A stretch of DNA of 64,000 nucleotides from Camelus dromedarius (lineage: Eukaryota), in NCBI RefSeq assembly GCF_036321535.1, contig NC_087437.1, positions 68,946,001-69,010,000 of the forward strand, written 5' to 3'. The translations under genes and the position numbers were made by a program. Each line of letters starts with the position of its first letter. The stretch's first letter is position 1. The notes under the pieces were generated by a model that worked only from the letters and a program-made list of their open reading frames with translations, was not told the DNA's origin and did not search any database. Below are positions 37,700 to 50,848 of this stretch, piece by piece.

Positions 37700-38710
37700 A
37701 TTAACAAGTATCCAACTCTTAAAACTCAACAAGTAAAAGATAAACCACCCAACTGAAAAATGGACAAAGGATTTGAGTAGACATTTCTCCAAAGAAGATA
37801 CTCAAGTGGTCCATAAGCCCATGAAAAGATGCTCATCATTAGTCATTGGGGAAATACAAATCAAAACTATAAAGAACTACTGCTTCACTTCCACTAGCGT
37901 GTCTATATCTTTTTATAAATGAAAAACAAGAAATGTGGGTGAGGATATGGAGAAATTGGAACCTTCATACATTGCTGGTGGGAACTGAAAATGGTGCAGC
38001 ACTGTGGAAAACAGTTTGGTGTTTGCTCAAAAAGTTAAACATTGAATTACCATATGCTCCAACAATTCCACTCCTAGGTGTATCTTTCAACCTAAAGATG
38101 TCATTACTGACTGAATTGTGTCCCCCACCCCAAGTCCCACCCCAGATTCATGTGTTGAAGCCCTAACTCACAATGTGATTACATTTGGGCATAGGGACTT
38201 TTAAAAGGTAATTAAGATTAAATTAGGTCATAACAGTCTGACCCTAATCCAACATGGTGGGTATCCTAATAAGAAAAGAGAGTTAGCAGGAGCTTGGGTG
38301 CACAGAGAAAAGGCCATGTAAGAACACAGTAAGATGGTCGCCGTCCGTAAACCAAGGAGGGAGATCCCAGGAAAACCCAGCCCTGCCAGCACCTTGACCT
38401 TGGTCTTCCAGCCTCCAGAGCTGTGAGAAAATACAGCTCTGCAGTTGGTGCCACCCGTTCTATGATTTTTTTGTCACGGCAGTCTTAGCAGACTAATACA
38501 GATGTTTAAGCCAAAACTGCTACATGATGTTTACAGCAACACTAATCATAACAGCCAAAAGGTAGAAACAACACAAATGTCTACCAACTGATAAATGGAT
38601 AAACAAAATGTGCTTTGTCCATACAATGAAGTATTATTCAGCCTAAAAAGGAAATACTAACACATACTACAGCATGGGTGAACCTTGAAAGCATTATGCT
38701 AAGTGAAAGG
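37700..38710 (+). mobile_element. L1 (L1MB/MC-like) ORF2 3' end, split by an MLT1 LTR
   Basis: 'aaaaatggacaaaggatttgagtagacatttctccaaagaagata', 'ggaaccttcatacattgctggtgggaa', then after the LTR 'gataaatggataaacaaaatgtg...cattatgctaagtgaaag'. Confidence 0.85.
38102..38500 (+). mobile_element. MaLR solo LTR (MLT1A/B-like) with 5-bp TSD
   Basis: 'gactgaattgtgtccccc...ttgaagccctaac...ccctgccagcaccttgaccttggtcttccagcctccagagctgtgag...gcagactaataca'; TSD gatgt at 38097-38101 and 38501-38505. Confidence 0.9.
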
Positions 38711-40228
38711 AGTTTCATTTTTGGAGTGGCTAATAAAATTGAATACGTTTTCATATGTTTATTGGCCATTTGGAGATCCTTTTCTGTGAAGTTTTGTTAA
38801 ATCATTTGGCCAAGTCTTGTCTTTATTTATTTTAAAAATTATTTGTTATGATCATGATTTCTCAACCCTTTGTTTTAAATGTATTATAAATATCTTCTCC
38901 CACTCTGTAGGTTGCCATTTTATCCTCTTTTGATGGTACCATATTTTGGGGGTTTTTTTGTTTGTTTGTTTTGTTACTGTTTTTATTCAGGGTCAGTTTT
39001 GTATTGCATCCAAGTGTTACAAGTATCCATATACATATAAGAAAAGCCTCTTATTATGCTTCTTATATACTTTCCAGTGTTTTATGTATCTGAATAGTCC
39101 CCAATCCTTATTTGTAATTTTGACTTTCTGGTGGGTTTTTTTCCTCCTATTTTATTGGCTAGGTTAACTAGTATTGTATCAGTGTTTTATTTTTCCTCTT
39201 CAAAAAAATGGTCCTTGGATTTATTTATTAGTTTTGTAGTCTTTAAATTATTAATTTTTATTTGGCTTTTATCTCTCTTAATACATTCCTTTTCTTTCTG
39301 TTAATTGCATTTTGTTGCTCTAATTTCTGGAGTTGAATAATTAATTCATGTATTTTTAATTCTTTCTTTTTAAAAGATGTAAGAATTCAATTATATAAAT
39401 GTTCTGTCAAGCACAGCTTTCTTCATATCCCTTCGATAGAATACATAATTTTTTCATAATTATTATTTTATAAAGCAACTGTTCCTTTAAAAATAGTGGG
39501 ATAGGCAGAATAATTTAGGAACACAGTATCTTCAGTTCAGATAAGTTGTCTCAGACCATTTTTCTCATCAAATCCATCAAGGTATCTGCCAGAGTGGCAG
39601 GTCTTCATTCTTTTAGGTTTTGCCTCCTTGATGAGAAAAAGAGGCACATGCTCCCTGACAAGCCGGGCAGATGCACAGGCCTTCTGTGTGATGGGTTAGC
39701 ATTTAGCCAGCTGTTCTGAGCTGGCTCTTACCCAGCTTCTCTTTGCCCACATTCCAACCTGCAACTCACCTTACTTGCCTCTTGAAGAGATGGCGTATAC
39801 CAACCACCTGACTGTGGTCTAGCTGCTTTTTTCTTCCCTCATCCCCAAGGAGAGGGACCTGGGCTACTCCCAAGGCCCACATGTGATATATTCCAATGAG
39901 AGATTGCTGTTTGATCTTCAGGGTCATGCCAATTGCTTTTGAAGAATGCTGTAGAATCCTACATGGATTCATACCACTCTGGATCGGCTCCAATAAACCT
40001 CCCTTGGTTCGGTCCCAAATCTGCATCTATGAAATATATTCTTAAGTTTTGGTTTGAAATTGTTGCTATCTGCTGGTTTCAAAACAAGATGGGTTTTCCT
40101 TCTCCACTTTTCATTTGTTTTACAGCTTTCAGCTGGCTCTGTAGAGAGCAGATAATGGTCCCTATCCTGCTGTATTCCACCTGACTTCTGAAGTGTGTTA
40201 GTTTTACAAGTAATTTTTATTATATTGA

Positions 40229-40276
40229 TTTTTTTCAGTTTTATTGAGATCTAATTGACATATAGCAGTGTGTAAA
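40229..40276 (-). mobile_element. Very short L1 (L1MA9-like) 3'-terminal insertion
   Basis: 'ttttttcagttttattgagatctaattgacatatagcagtgtgtaa' matches the terminus of the 41154 element. Confidence 0.6.
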
Positions 40277-40479
40277 TATTAGTATTGTTTTTAACAGAAA
40301 ACACAAAATAATTAAAGTGAATGATTTTTAAAGGTATTTTGTTTTTTACCTGTTATTTAATGAGGTTCCCTCTCTCTCTCCCCACTCCCCCTTCACTGCA
40401 TCTCTTTGTACAGCAAGGTGAAAACAGGACAATGTAAGTGTTTTTTTGTGAATACATTCAATGAGGTGATGATAAAAGA

Positions 40480-40720
40480 ACATTTGATTAGACAAATCAA
40501 ATGCTTCCTGACAGCATCCATTTCTAAGCAAACTCCATTTGTTTAAATCTTCCCCAAATCACCCAATACAAGCCTGATTCTTATAACAAATCCTTTCTGA
40601 CACCATCTCACTAAGACACCCCATAGCCCTTGGTTTTATTCCTTTGTTGCAGTGACTTAATACATCTAATTTTTTTCTAGTACAGGTGTTATGGTAGTTT
40701 TTGGCTGTAGGATATTGACA
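40480..40720 (+). mobile_element. Old ERV LTR 3' part (MER90/MER110-like)
   Basis: Ends 'tacaggtgttatggtagtttttggctgtaggatattgaca'; family name tentative. Confidence 0.45.
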
Positions 40721-41153
40721 AGTAATATTGTTTCTTTGTAATTCATAAATCTATCCAGGACTATTTATTGAGTATACATGATTTGTTTGATATAAAATAA
40801 AAAATTAACAATAACTAATATTGTTATGTACACTTAAAAGGAAGAGTTAATTATAATAACATGTGAAGTTTATAGAACATTTTTACACTTATAACAAGTT
40901 TTAATCTACAATAATTTTATAACATTGTCTTTCATGTATAGGTACAAAAGTGGAAGCTCAGCGATATTAATTGGAAGTTACAGTATTAAATACTTAATCT
41001 ATTAACTTTACGGCATGAAATAGACACTACAAAGGTAGCTACTAATCATTCTGAGTAATCAGCAAGGAAACTGAGGTTCAGAAAGAGCCAGTACATTTCT
41101 GGAGATCACATACTTAGCAAGGGGCTGAGCCAAGGTCCATCTCTAAACCTCAT

Positions 41154-42120
41154 GTTTTTTCAGCTTTATTGTGATATAATTGACATATAAAGTCGTGTAA
41201 GTTGAACGTGTCTCATGCGTTCATTTGATACACTTATATATTGCAAAATGATTACCACCATAGCTTTAGCTAACACCTGCATCACATCACATAATTACCA
41301 TTTCTTTTTTGTGATGAAAACATTTAGAATTTACCTATAATAACTTTCAAGTAAATAATACAGTATTAGTAACTACAGTTACCATGTTGTATATTACAGC
41401 CCCAGAACTTACTCATCTTATAGCTGGAAGTTTGTGCTCTCTGACCGACATCTCCCCATTTCCCTCACTCCCACATCCCTGGTAACCACCCTTCTCTCTG
41501 TTTCTATGAGTTCCGCTTTTTCAGATTTCACATACAAGTGATATCCTACAGTATTTATCTTTCTCCATCTGAGTTATTTCACTTAAACCCTCAGGGTCCA
41601 TTCATGTTGCAAATGGCAGGATGTCCTTCTTTCTCATGACTGACTAAAATTCCACTGAAAAAAAATTATATATATCTCTATATATTTAACATCTTCTTTT
41701 ATCTAGTTATCTGTTGATAGACACAAGTTGTTTTCATTTCTCAGCTATTGTGCGTAATTCTGCAATGAATGTAGGGATACAGATATTTCTTCAAGATCAT
41801 CCTATTTTCATTTCCTTTGTATATATACCCAGAAGTGGTGTTACTGGATCGTATGATAGTTCTAGTTTTAATTTTTTGAGCAATCTCCATACTGTTTTCC
41901 ATAGCGGCTATACCAATTTGCATTCCCACCAACAGTGCACAAGAATTCCCTTTTCTCTACAGCCACACCAATGCATGTTGTCACTTGTCTTTTTGATGAT
42001 GGCCATTCTGACAGGTGTGAGGTGATATCGCCTTGTGGTTTTGATTTGTATTTCCCTCATAATTCATTTTGCTGAGTACCTTTTCATGTACCTCGTGGCC
42101 ATTTATGTGTCTTCTTTGTA
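41154..42120 (-). mobile_element. L1 (L1MA9-like) 3' end with exact 10-bp TSD, inserted into a MIR
   Basis: Antisense L1 from 'tttattgtgatataattgacatataa' to 'ccatttatgtgtcttctttg'; TSD taaacctcat at 41144-41153 and 42121-42130; MIR 'aaggaaactgaggttcag' upstream. Confidence 0.9.
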
Positions 42121-42149
42121 TAAACCTCATCATTTTTGAGTGCTACACT

Positions 42150-42811
42150 GATATTCAGAAGCTGAGAGGGGAAGGGTGTTCCAAGCCAAAAAGTGAGAGA
42201 CTGCATGGTGTGTTTGAGGATATGGAATACATTTATTATTGCTTGAGTATATGGCTAGTGAGAGAGAAGCTAAGAATGGGGTTGGAAAAGTGAGTAGTAG
42301 GTGTGTGTTGGGAGATGGGTGGGGTGGATCTTGGACTGCATTTGAAACAAATGAGAAGCTATCACAGGCTTATAAAGGGAAATGCCATGTGAAAACGTGT
42401 GTTTTTGAAATAATGCTCTAACTGCAAAGTAGAAAATGGATTTGAGGGGAGTAACACAGTGATAAGGAGACCAATTAGGAGGGTATTGTAGTGTTCTGGG
42501 CGAAATATGATGTTGCCTTGAATGACAGTGGTGACAGTAACAATAGAGAGGAGTAGAAAGATTTAAGAGATTTATGAGCTAGATTCCATGGGATTCAGCT
42601 GTTGATTGGATTGAGGCGATGACAGAGTGAGTGGAGTCAGGGATAACAACTAAATATCAGACTTAAGCAATTGCTGGAATGGTAATAAGTAGAAGTAAAT
42701 TTGTTGGAGGAGAGAACGTTAGCTTTGACATGTTGACTTTCAAAGGTACCTGTGTATAAGTGCTTAACAGCCAGTTGGATATTCATGCCTAAAGCTCAGG
42801 AGACATCTGGG

Positions 42812-42876
<65 letters not shown>

Positions 42877-43075
42877 ATCCACATAGAGTTGGCAGTTGAT
42901 GACTTGTGAAGAACAAGAGAAACAGGAACCAAGACCAAACTTTGAGAAACACCAACATTTGAAGGGTATGTACATGGAACAGAACATGGACAGGAGTTTT
43001 AAAAAGAGCAGCCAGAAAGGGTTGGTGCCATAGAAGCCATGAAGTAGGAGCAGTTCAAACTAAGACACGGAGCAA
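42150..43075 (-). mobile_element. L2 LINE fragment
   Basis: 'aaggagaccaattaggaggg.attgtagt', 'agctttgacatgttgactt', 'cagttggatattcatgcctaaagctcaggaga'. Confidence 0.8.
42813..42874. repeat. (TG)12(AG)19 compound dinucleotide microsatellite
   Basis: Read directly. Confidence 0.98.
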
Positions 43076-44624
43076 GGCCAAGATATTGTTGAGTTACAGA
43101 GTTGGATTGGTAGAGGGACCTGAGGATGTAAGAAAATCTTCCTTTCCTTTTCTTTTAATTTTTCCATTGAGACAAAGGGTCTGCAATGTCTTCTTGGATC
43201 ACACTTTCTTTTTATATACTCCTTCCTGTTTTCCTTGGTCATTTGTTTTGATCCCCAGTTCTGTTCATCAGTGTCTCCAACCAAGAAAGCACACCTCAAG
43301 GTCTTTGTCCTGGAAGGGAAGGGGGGTGTCATGTCCTTATTGTGCATCTTTGGTAGATGTTTCTGAAATATCTCATCCCGACAGCCGTACATTTATGAAC
43401 AAAGTCATCTTTGTCTTGACAATACTGGCCAACTTGCATAGCACTACTTTGATGAGTTATTATTGCCAAAAAAGGGTCTGGCTTCTAACCTTTCTTACCA
43501 AAGACACCATCTACTAAGAGTGAAAAAGGAAGGACCAAAGGAAATAAAGTGAAAAAGAAAGTTCTGTCTTGTCCCTCTGAACACATACGTAGAGACTGCG
43601 GGAAGAATGGACACTGTGGTCAGATGTGTTGATTCTACTGATTATTTCTAGGCGACAGAGCTCACAGCTATTATCACTCTCCCATCCAACCTCATTAAAT
43701 TTCCACGAACCTACTTCAAACTTTACTTTGAAATATTGTCTGTTTTCTTTTAAATTAAAGGAAATTTATTGCTATTAGTATTATTATTCACATTGGAAGG
43801 TTTTGCTCCCAAAAAGCCCATAGATTGAAGCCCATTCTATGTAATTTTCTAATGTCTAGTTTAGATCTATATGCACTGAAGTTTAACAAACATTTTACAC
43901 AGGGATGATTTTAACTAAAGCAGTGGGACTGCTGATACTGTTCTGCCTTTTCAGACCTAGACCACCCCTTCTTTTTTCCTTTTTTGCTTCATCTAGCTTC
44001 CTGTTCCTTCACCGTTCTGATAGTTTTGATGCATGCAGGAAGTGGCAGGGGCGGGGTGGCTGACAGTGCTACTTTTCCTTCTCTGGATCCTGATTATTTC
44101 TCATTTTTTTCCACTTCATTTCCATGTTTTTCTTCATCCTACCCAGTCTCCAGAGAGAGAGAGAGAGAACTTTTTAATATGTTTAAAACAATCTTCGAAA
44201 TGATACATTTCTGTCACTTCCCTCTCACTTTTTAAATTATAAACTAAAATAAAAATGGGCATATTGATAAAAGCTTCCAAGACTGCTGCCTGCTGCTTCC
44301 TGGTGATTAGGTGTGAGAAATTGGCCCTTCTTAGTTCTGACAAAAAATATGCGAATGATATTTAAACCAAAATGACAGTGTAGTAGACACACTTATTTCC
44401 TTTCTTCCCACCTTTTTCCCTTCGGTATGGCTATGTAGGGAAGTTTTATAACTTCTTGAATGAGGGGCTGAAGGTTAAGGAAAAGTCCATACCCAGTGGC
44501 ACACCAGTTCTCCTTGGAAAGAACAGAACGTTCCTGATCTTGGCTCAAATATTCTAAATTCTCCCTTCTTTATTCAGGCAATGCCTTGGGCTCTGTGCCT
44601 TTTCTGCACAGACAGGAATCTAGC

Positions 44625-44830
44625 ATGTTTTTAGCACTTGTTATGCACCAACCTTTAAATAGAACTTTTCATTTAACCCCTGCAATAATCCTCTAAAGTA
44701 GGCATCATTATCTTAATTTTCACACATGAAGAAAGTAAAACATGGTGATAAGACATATCCAGTGTTAACACATCCAAGATCACTGAGTAGAAAGTGAAAG
44801 ATGAAGGACCAAGTCTGTTTGACGCTTACA
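44625..44830 (-). mobile_element. MIR SINE
   Basis: 'ttcatttaacccctgcaataatcctctaaagtaggcatcattatc..aattttcacacatgaagaaa'. Confidence 0.65.
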
Positions 44831-46789
44831 TTATGTACTTTTGTCACGACACAAGAAAAGAGATAGACATGCCAGGGTGGAAACTGAGTGGCCAGCGTCT
44901 CCCCGCATGAGCCTGTGTTGAGCAGAGCTGAAGACTAAAACCAGGTGTCATGTCTCTTTTAATGACTCCCAGTCATCAGCATGGCTTCTGTCCAGAAGAA
45001 GACGCATCGATATCACGGGGAGACTGGAGGGAGCACTTAGATAACTTCTCACGGGTGTGCACAGGGACTCTGTGGCTGCTCTGTAGAGTCTGAGTCTGAG
45101 CCTTGAACCTCCATCATTGACTCTCACATATTTATAGTCACAGTCAATTTAGTTTGTCACTCAATAAACTGAGGCAGTCATGAGTTTTAATATGTATACA
45201 GTCCAGGAATTGGGCTTTTCTGGTATAAACATGTGTCTAGGAACTGCGACTTCACAAATGCTGTGAGTGTTTTGAAACTTAACGCGTAAAGGATGAGAGT
45301 GTGTGAATGTAGTTTACTGCAGACCTCGGCTGGATGGGATGTGTGAATGTATCTGCATGTATCTAGAGGTGTGTTCCTCTACACAAAAGAGGCTACGAGA
45401 ACAGGAAAACTGGAATGGGTAAAATTTTTCAGACGATAACTATACTTGCTGAGCGAAAGGCAGCCAGACTATTCAAATTGTAAATTTTCCATTTAGGGGG
45501 ATGAATTTAGTCTTAAAGGGACACTAACTGGGATTCCAAGGACCATTTGGTTCTCAGGTACAAGCTGTTTCCCTGGGAAGCACGGGGGTCACTTGCAGTC
45601 CCTGCTGGATCCAGAAGCAGGCAGGGGGACGCATTTTCTCACTAGGAAAGCTAATCCTGACTGACCCAGCATTAATTCTTCTCAGGCTCCTGATAGCACT
45701 TAAAGATTAAACATTTAATCAAAACATTTGAAGAAGAGAGAAGAAGAAAGAACATGGTGTCACCAAAGGATCTGGCGTTTGTTCCTTTGGGCAGATGGCT
45801 CAGTGACTGCAACCCTGATACTTCGGATGGTGCTTCAGAAGGGCCACATGTCCCGTCCTGTTCTCACCTCAGGCCTCATTGTTCAGCAGCCTCTAATGAA
45901 ACTGTCCGTGTGGGATTTCTTTTCTCACAAAAACTCAATCCTTCAGATGGAGGAGGTGGCAGTCTCTGTAGTTTAAAAGAACGTATTTGAGTAGAATTGG
46001 ACTTCTGTGTCTTTCATTTTAGCCATGTGGAAGAGACAGCAAGGAGGAGAGACAGGAGATGTGGCTAGCAGGTTCTTTGCCTATTGTGAAGACCATGGGA
46101 ACCCCAGCAGCTTCCTCCAGAGACAACACATCTCTTTATTCTTTTTTCAAAGAGAATTCATCATGTTGAAAGTCTAAACTCCTTTAGTGGGAGAGAGACC
46201 TGATGGTGCTTTTTTGTCTCTCATCACTCACTGTTGTTTGATGTACGAGCCTTTTGAGAGGCAGATAGCATGAGACGAGGAACCTAATACCATGTTCGCC
46301 CCGCCGCCCTCCCTTTTCCTTCCTCCACTCAAACGCTATGGGCAGAATGTGGATGAAGGAAGCCTTGTGAATTTGGAATGTAATTCATCAAGTTTTGTAT
46401 GAGAGAGAAAATGGAAGTAGTCATCAGGTATTGAGTGCAGCTTCAAGCTACAGGCCTTAAATTTTCTGTGACATACAGAAGAGATGCTCTATTGGACAAG
46501 CTTGACCCAGAATCTACTTAAGATCTTTCTAATGCTTATACCAACAATGAGTGATCTTTTTGAGGGCTGAGTGCAGCAAGGTTACAAGGCTGCCATGGTA
46601 CTCTTTTTCCTTATAATTTACTTAAGGTCAGAAAAATCACCAGATTCATGCCTTTAACCCAAACTTCTTAGGATTTACCATTCATATGCCAACTGTACCT
46701 CCCTTCAACCATATGTACTAAAAGTTAAATAAAAGATTGGTTCCCTCCCTCCTTTTGGCATTAGGTGTCTCTGACCTTGCACAAGGAAG

Positions 46790-47540
46790 TACTGTTTATT
46801 CTGACACCAACTGGTGTATTGCTATTCAATTCTGGCACTAAATACTCAGAGTTGGGGTCAGACTTCACCATGTTTAAGGCTATGGTCCCCAACAGGAATG
46901 TCCTTACTTTAGATGCCAGCTGCATATAGAGAGTTTCCAGACTCACTTGGAACTTGTGACTGACTGGCAACAAATTCAGGGTTTCCTGTGACCCCCTCAA
47001 GGTTAGTCTGCCTAACACCGTGCAGAACTCAGGAAAGTGCAATACATATAATTATAGTTTTATTACAAAGGATACAAATTAGGACCAGACACATAAGGCA
47101 AGATTTGGGAGGGTCTAAAGCACAAAGTTTCAGTGCCCTCTCTTCGTGAAGTCAGGATGTGTCACCCTGATGGCATGACAGTTTGTCCATTCACCAGGAA
47201 GCCCCATTGGAGCTCAGTGTCCAGAGGCCATATGGGGGTTTCATTATGTAGGCACAGTTGATTTAAATCATTGGCCAGATGATTGAACTCAATCTCTAGC
47301 CTCCTTTCCCTCCCTGAGAGGTCAGGCTGCCTCAAAGTCCCAACTCTTAATCATCTGGTTGGCCTTCCTGGTGCTCAAGCCCCATCTTGCAGCTATCTTG
47401 GGCCTATAATGACTATCATGAGTGTAGTCTCAGGTGTGATCCCTCCCGTGGGTTCCTGAATAACCAAGACACTTCCATACTTGGGAATTTCCAAGTATTT
47501 TTGAAGCTTTGTCCCCAGAACCTACGACAAAGACCAAAGT
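46790..47540 (-). mobile_element. MER21-family (ERVL-class) LTR
   Basis: 'tctgacaccaactggtgt..ctattcaattctggcact...gaactcaggaaagtgc...ttttattacaaaggataca...aaatcattggcca..tgattgaactcaatctctagcc...aaagtcccaactcttaatca...aagaccaaa'. Confidence 0.8.
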
Positions 47541-47541
47541 T

Positions 47542-47582
47542 TTGTTGTTGTTGGTGGTGGTGGTGGTGGTGGTGGTGGTGTT
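47542..47582. repeat. (TTG)3(TGG)9 trinucleotide repeat
   Basis: Read directly; explains the CCCWWWWWWWWW ORF. Confidence 0.95.
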
Positions 47583-48799
47583 TTGGTTTTTTAACTTTAC
47601 AAGAATGTTAGCTTTAGATGGATCTTAAATATTATGCAGTTATAAGAGTGTTAGCTCACCCCTGATCACAAAACCTATGCGACAGAAATAGACTGAGCAC
47701 TAGAACCTAGGCTCTGTGGCTGCCTACCATGTCTTCTGCGCCCTGTCTCGCATTTTGTTAGCTTACAAGAAAACACCCTCCTAGAACTATCTTGATCATA
47801 TGCCTATTAAAGCCTGATTTGAAATTAAGAAAAAAGTAATTCAACATGGGGTAAGGCTTTCTCTCTTCCTGTGTCTCTTCCTACTTAACAGCCAGAAACC
47901 CCTTCACCTCATCCAAATAGAGATGGCTTCTTAAAGGTAAACATTTTGAGGGGAGCAGAGTTATTGAAGCATATGTAATACATGTGTTTTGGAAAAGTGT
48001 AGCCCAACTTTCTATGGGGAAAAGTTAAGTTTTTGAGTGACCCTTGACAGTTTCTGCCACTTGCCATTATATGCTATTTTATTCAAACTAGTAATGCCTA
48101 TTTGCCATTCCATATGATGGCTTGATTTTCAAGAGAATGTGGAGAAAATGGTTGCCCTTGATGGTACACTGTTCTGAGCCATTTCCTTTTCCCTTAATTC
48201 TTCAGGGAGAAAGATCAACGCTTTCCAATTTCTGAGAACCCATCAATCTAGTCCAAATTCCTAGATGAAAATGGTACTTAGCTTGCCCTTTCTGGACTTC
48301 TCTCTCTGCCTAAATGAGAAAAAAATTCTTCCTCTCTCTGCTGATTCAACTGCAGGAGACACTAATGAGCCAGCCTGGGTGTTTGCTTTCACAAACACGT
48401 GTGGCCATATTTACACATTAGCAGGGTTATGCGGTTCCTGGTGATCATTTGTGCTTGAAGATAATTATGGCTTATTTTCAAGGCCTATTTTGGCCTGATT
48501 TCAGTTGTTTCTACTTGGCTACCCTCATTCAGACGCTAAGCCTTTTTCTTGTTTCTCTTCATCACCCATTCATTTTTCCTTTTTCTTCTACTTTCCATCA
48601 CCCCAGATATTTACACTATAGTAAGAGATATTAGCTTTTACTATTATTAAAATTTCAAAATCTTTACTCTTATTCATCCTACTTAATACTGCTACTTATT
48701 TTTTAATAAACATCACTAATATAATAGAAAGCCCTAAGCCACGTTGAATTACTTTCTTTCTTAATTTCAAATCAGCCATTTCAGTATACCTGTGATGTA

Positions 48800-49140
48800 T
48801 ACATAATAAACATCACCATGTCATTCCTTCTGAAAAGTCTTTTGTGATCTCCTTTTAGTCTCTGTTAACTCTAAAACAAAATACAAATTTGGCCTGGCAT
48901 TCAAGGTCTTTCATAACAAGATTTTCCTCTGATCTTATCCTATACTACTCCTTCCATATATATTTGATCAGCTTCCCAACTGGCCTATAAATGTTTCCTG
49001 GATCCCTATCAATGTTTGTTCAGCCAGTTGATTTTGTTATTCCCACTGTTTAAAATAAAATCTCCTCAACTGATAAAATTTCATCATCTATCAAGATCCA
49101 GCTAAAATGCCATTTCTGCCAGGAAACCATTCATTCTATC
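48800..49140 (+). mobile_element. L2 fragment
   Basis: 'ggcctggcattcaaggtctttcataa', 'tcaagatccagctaaaatgccatttctgccaggaaacc'. Confidence 0.65.
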
Positions 49141-49149
49141 CATCTGAAC

Positions 49150-50430
49150 TTCTTTTCACAGACAATACACTTTAATTGATGAGCTTACCATATGCTTGGC
49201 ACAGCATTAGTAGCTGGAAATACATGGTGAATAATTTGTGCCTTCAGGATTTTTAAGTCCAAGGAGAGGTAAAAGAGAAGCACAACAATGTATATGGAGG
49301 AACCACAGGTTTCTCTGGGGACCCATCGAAATTGAACTTAGCCTAGGCTCAAGCAGTGGAAACAGGATTCTAAGAAAAACTGACATCTGTGCCAAGGCTG
49401 GAGTAAGAATTCACCACATGTCAGGATGATGAATAAGGAAGAGGGATGAAGGCTCGATACAGATGGAAAAGATGTGCGAAGGCCCAGAGGTGAGAAAGGA
49501 CATAGAATATTTGAGGGATACACAGAATTTCCCAGAGATCTACACATAGAACACAGGAAAGACGTGCTGAAAGTTGACACAAGGAAGAAGTAAGAGCTCA
49601 TAATAGTTTTCATTGAAGTGCAGTAGGGAAGTTTATCCAGTAGGAAGGTGGATTTACAGAACAAGGAGAGAGAGAGCGCCTGAGAATTTAGATTTGATCA
49701 TCTTCGGTATACTCATGGTACTAACTCAATAACAGAACGTGATATCACTCAAGATGAGTATGCAGAAGTGAGAACCAAAAACTAACCCCAAAGAATACCA
49801 GTATTTAAGGAATGGTCAAGGAATCTAAGCAGAAATGGCCAAAGAAGTGGGAGGAAAAACCAGAAAAATATGCTAGCATATTGGCAAGAAATAAGGCAAG
49901 GCTTGATCACTAGAGTTTAATGCTTCTAAGAAGTTGTGTAAGATAACAAATGAGGAGTGCCCACTGAATTTAGCTAAAAGGAAATCATTGGTAGCTCTGG
50001 AAAAAGCATCTTCAGCGGACACATGGGTGGCAGAGCAAGACTGCCTTGAATTGAAATGTGAGTGGGATGTGAAATGATGACACGGCAACTAAGAACTGGT
50101 ACAAGACGACCGGCTATGAAGGAGTAGAAGGGATATTGGTAGCTCAAGGTAAACATAGTTTGAAAAGATGTTCTAAGTTATGAAAGAGATAAAATGTTTA
50201 CAGAATACAGAGAAAGGCCTAGTAGAAAGGTCAAAACTAAAAATACAGAAGAGAGGGAAAACCCTTGTTAACTAAGTCTCCGAGAAGAAGGTAAAGCATC
50301 ACAGCGCATTAGCTTAGACACGAGGCTAATTAACTATTTGTAGCACCAGGAGGCACAGAAGATTAGACGTGGATTCCAAGGAATGTATAGGTTTGGGGGC
50401 AGGGAGATGGGGAAAATTTCTGCCAGATGA
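49150..50430 (-). mobile_element. L2 LINE fragments
   Basis: 'gagcttaccatatgcttggcacag', 'gaataccagtatttaagg', 'gtgcccactgaatttagc...tcattggt'. Confidence 0.7.
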
Positions 50431-50542
50431 CTAATACTCTCTCCAAATTTCCATAATAATTCACTTGTGGCCTCTTTTAGCACTTGACATGTTGTCTCAA
50501 AGGTTTTTAGTTTACTTGTTCTATCTCAGCCAGATTATGGAT

Positions 50543-50848
50543 GAGTGCTGTCCAGGAAGAACATAATGCAAGCCATTAATGTCAGCCACATATGTAATTT
50601 TAACTTTTCTAATAGCCACATTATGAAATGTTAAAAAAGTGGAAATTAATTTTAATGTTTTATTTACCCCATGTATCCAGAGTGTTATCATTCAATACAA
50701 ATTAATGACATATTTCACATTCTATTTTTTTGTACCTAATCTTTGAAACCTGATGTGTATTTAACATTAGATGAAATCTCAGCACAGACCAGCCACATTT
50801 CAAGTGCTCAGTAGCCGCGTTTGGGTAGTGACTATCGGACAGCATAGA
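50543..50848 (+). mobile_element. MER33-like hAT-Charlie MITE
   Basis: Terminal inverted repeats gtgctgtcc / ggacagcat; internal 'agccacatatgtaattttaacttttctaatagccacatt' and 'gccacatttcaagtgctcagtagcc'; strand assignment tentative. Confidence 0.8.

Larger units (their letters stand above)
37240..39470 (-). mobile_element. Very old antisense L1 fragments hosting younger inserts
   Basis: Antisense ORF2-type text at 37240-37620 and 38710-39470 ('ttttcatatgtttattggccatttggagatcctttt', 'aaatatcttctcccactctgtag'). Confidence 0.55.

Noticed and set aside
41714..42025. ORFs resembling database 'hypothetical proteins' (also 37933-38166 and 12214-12417)
   Set aside because: Degraded L1 ORF2/3'UTR, read sense or antisense
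48800..49300. Opposed L2 pair that might form a miR-28/151-type hairpin
   Set aside because: The sense copy stops before the L2 3' end, so the copies share no complementary segment I can see
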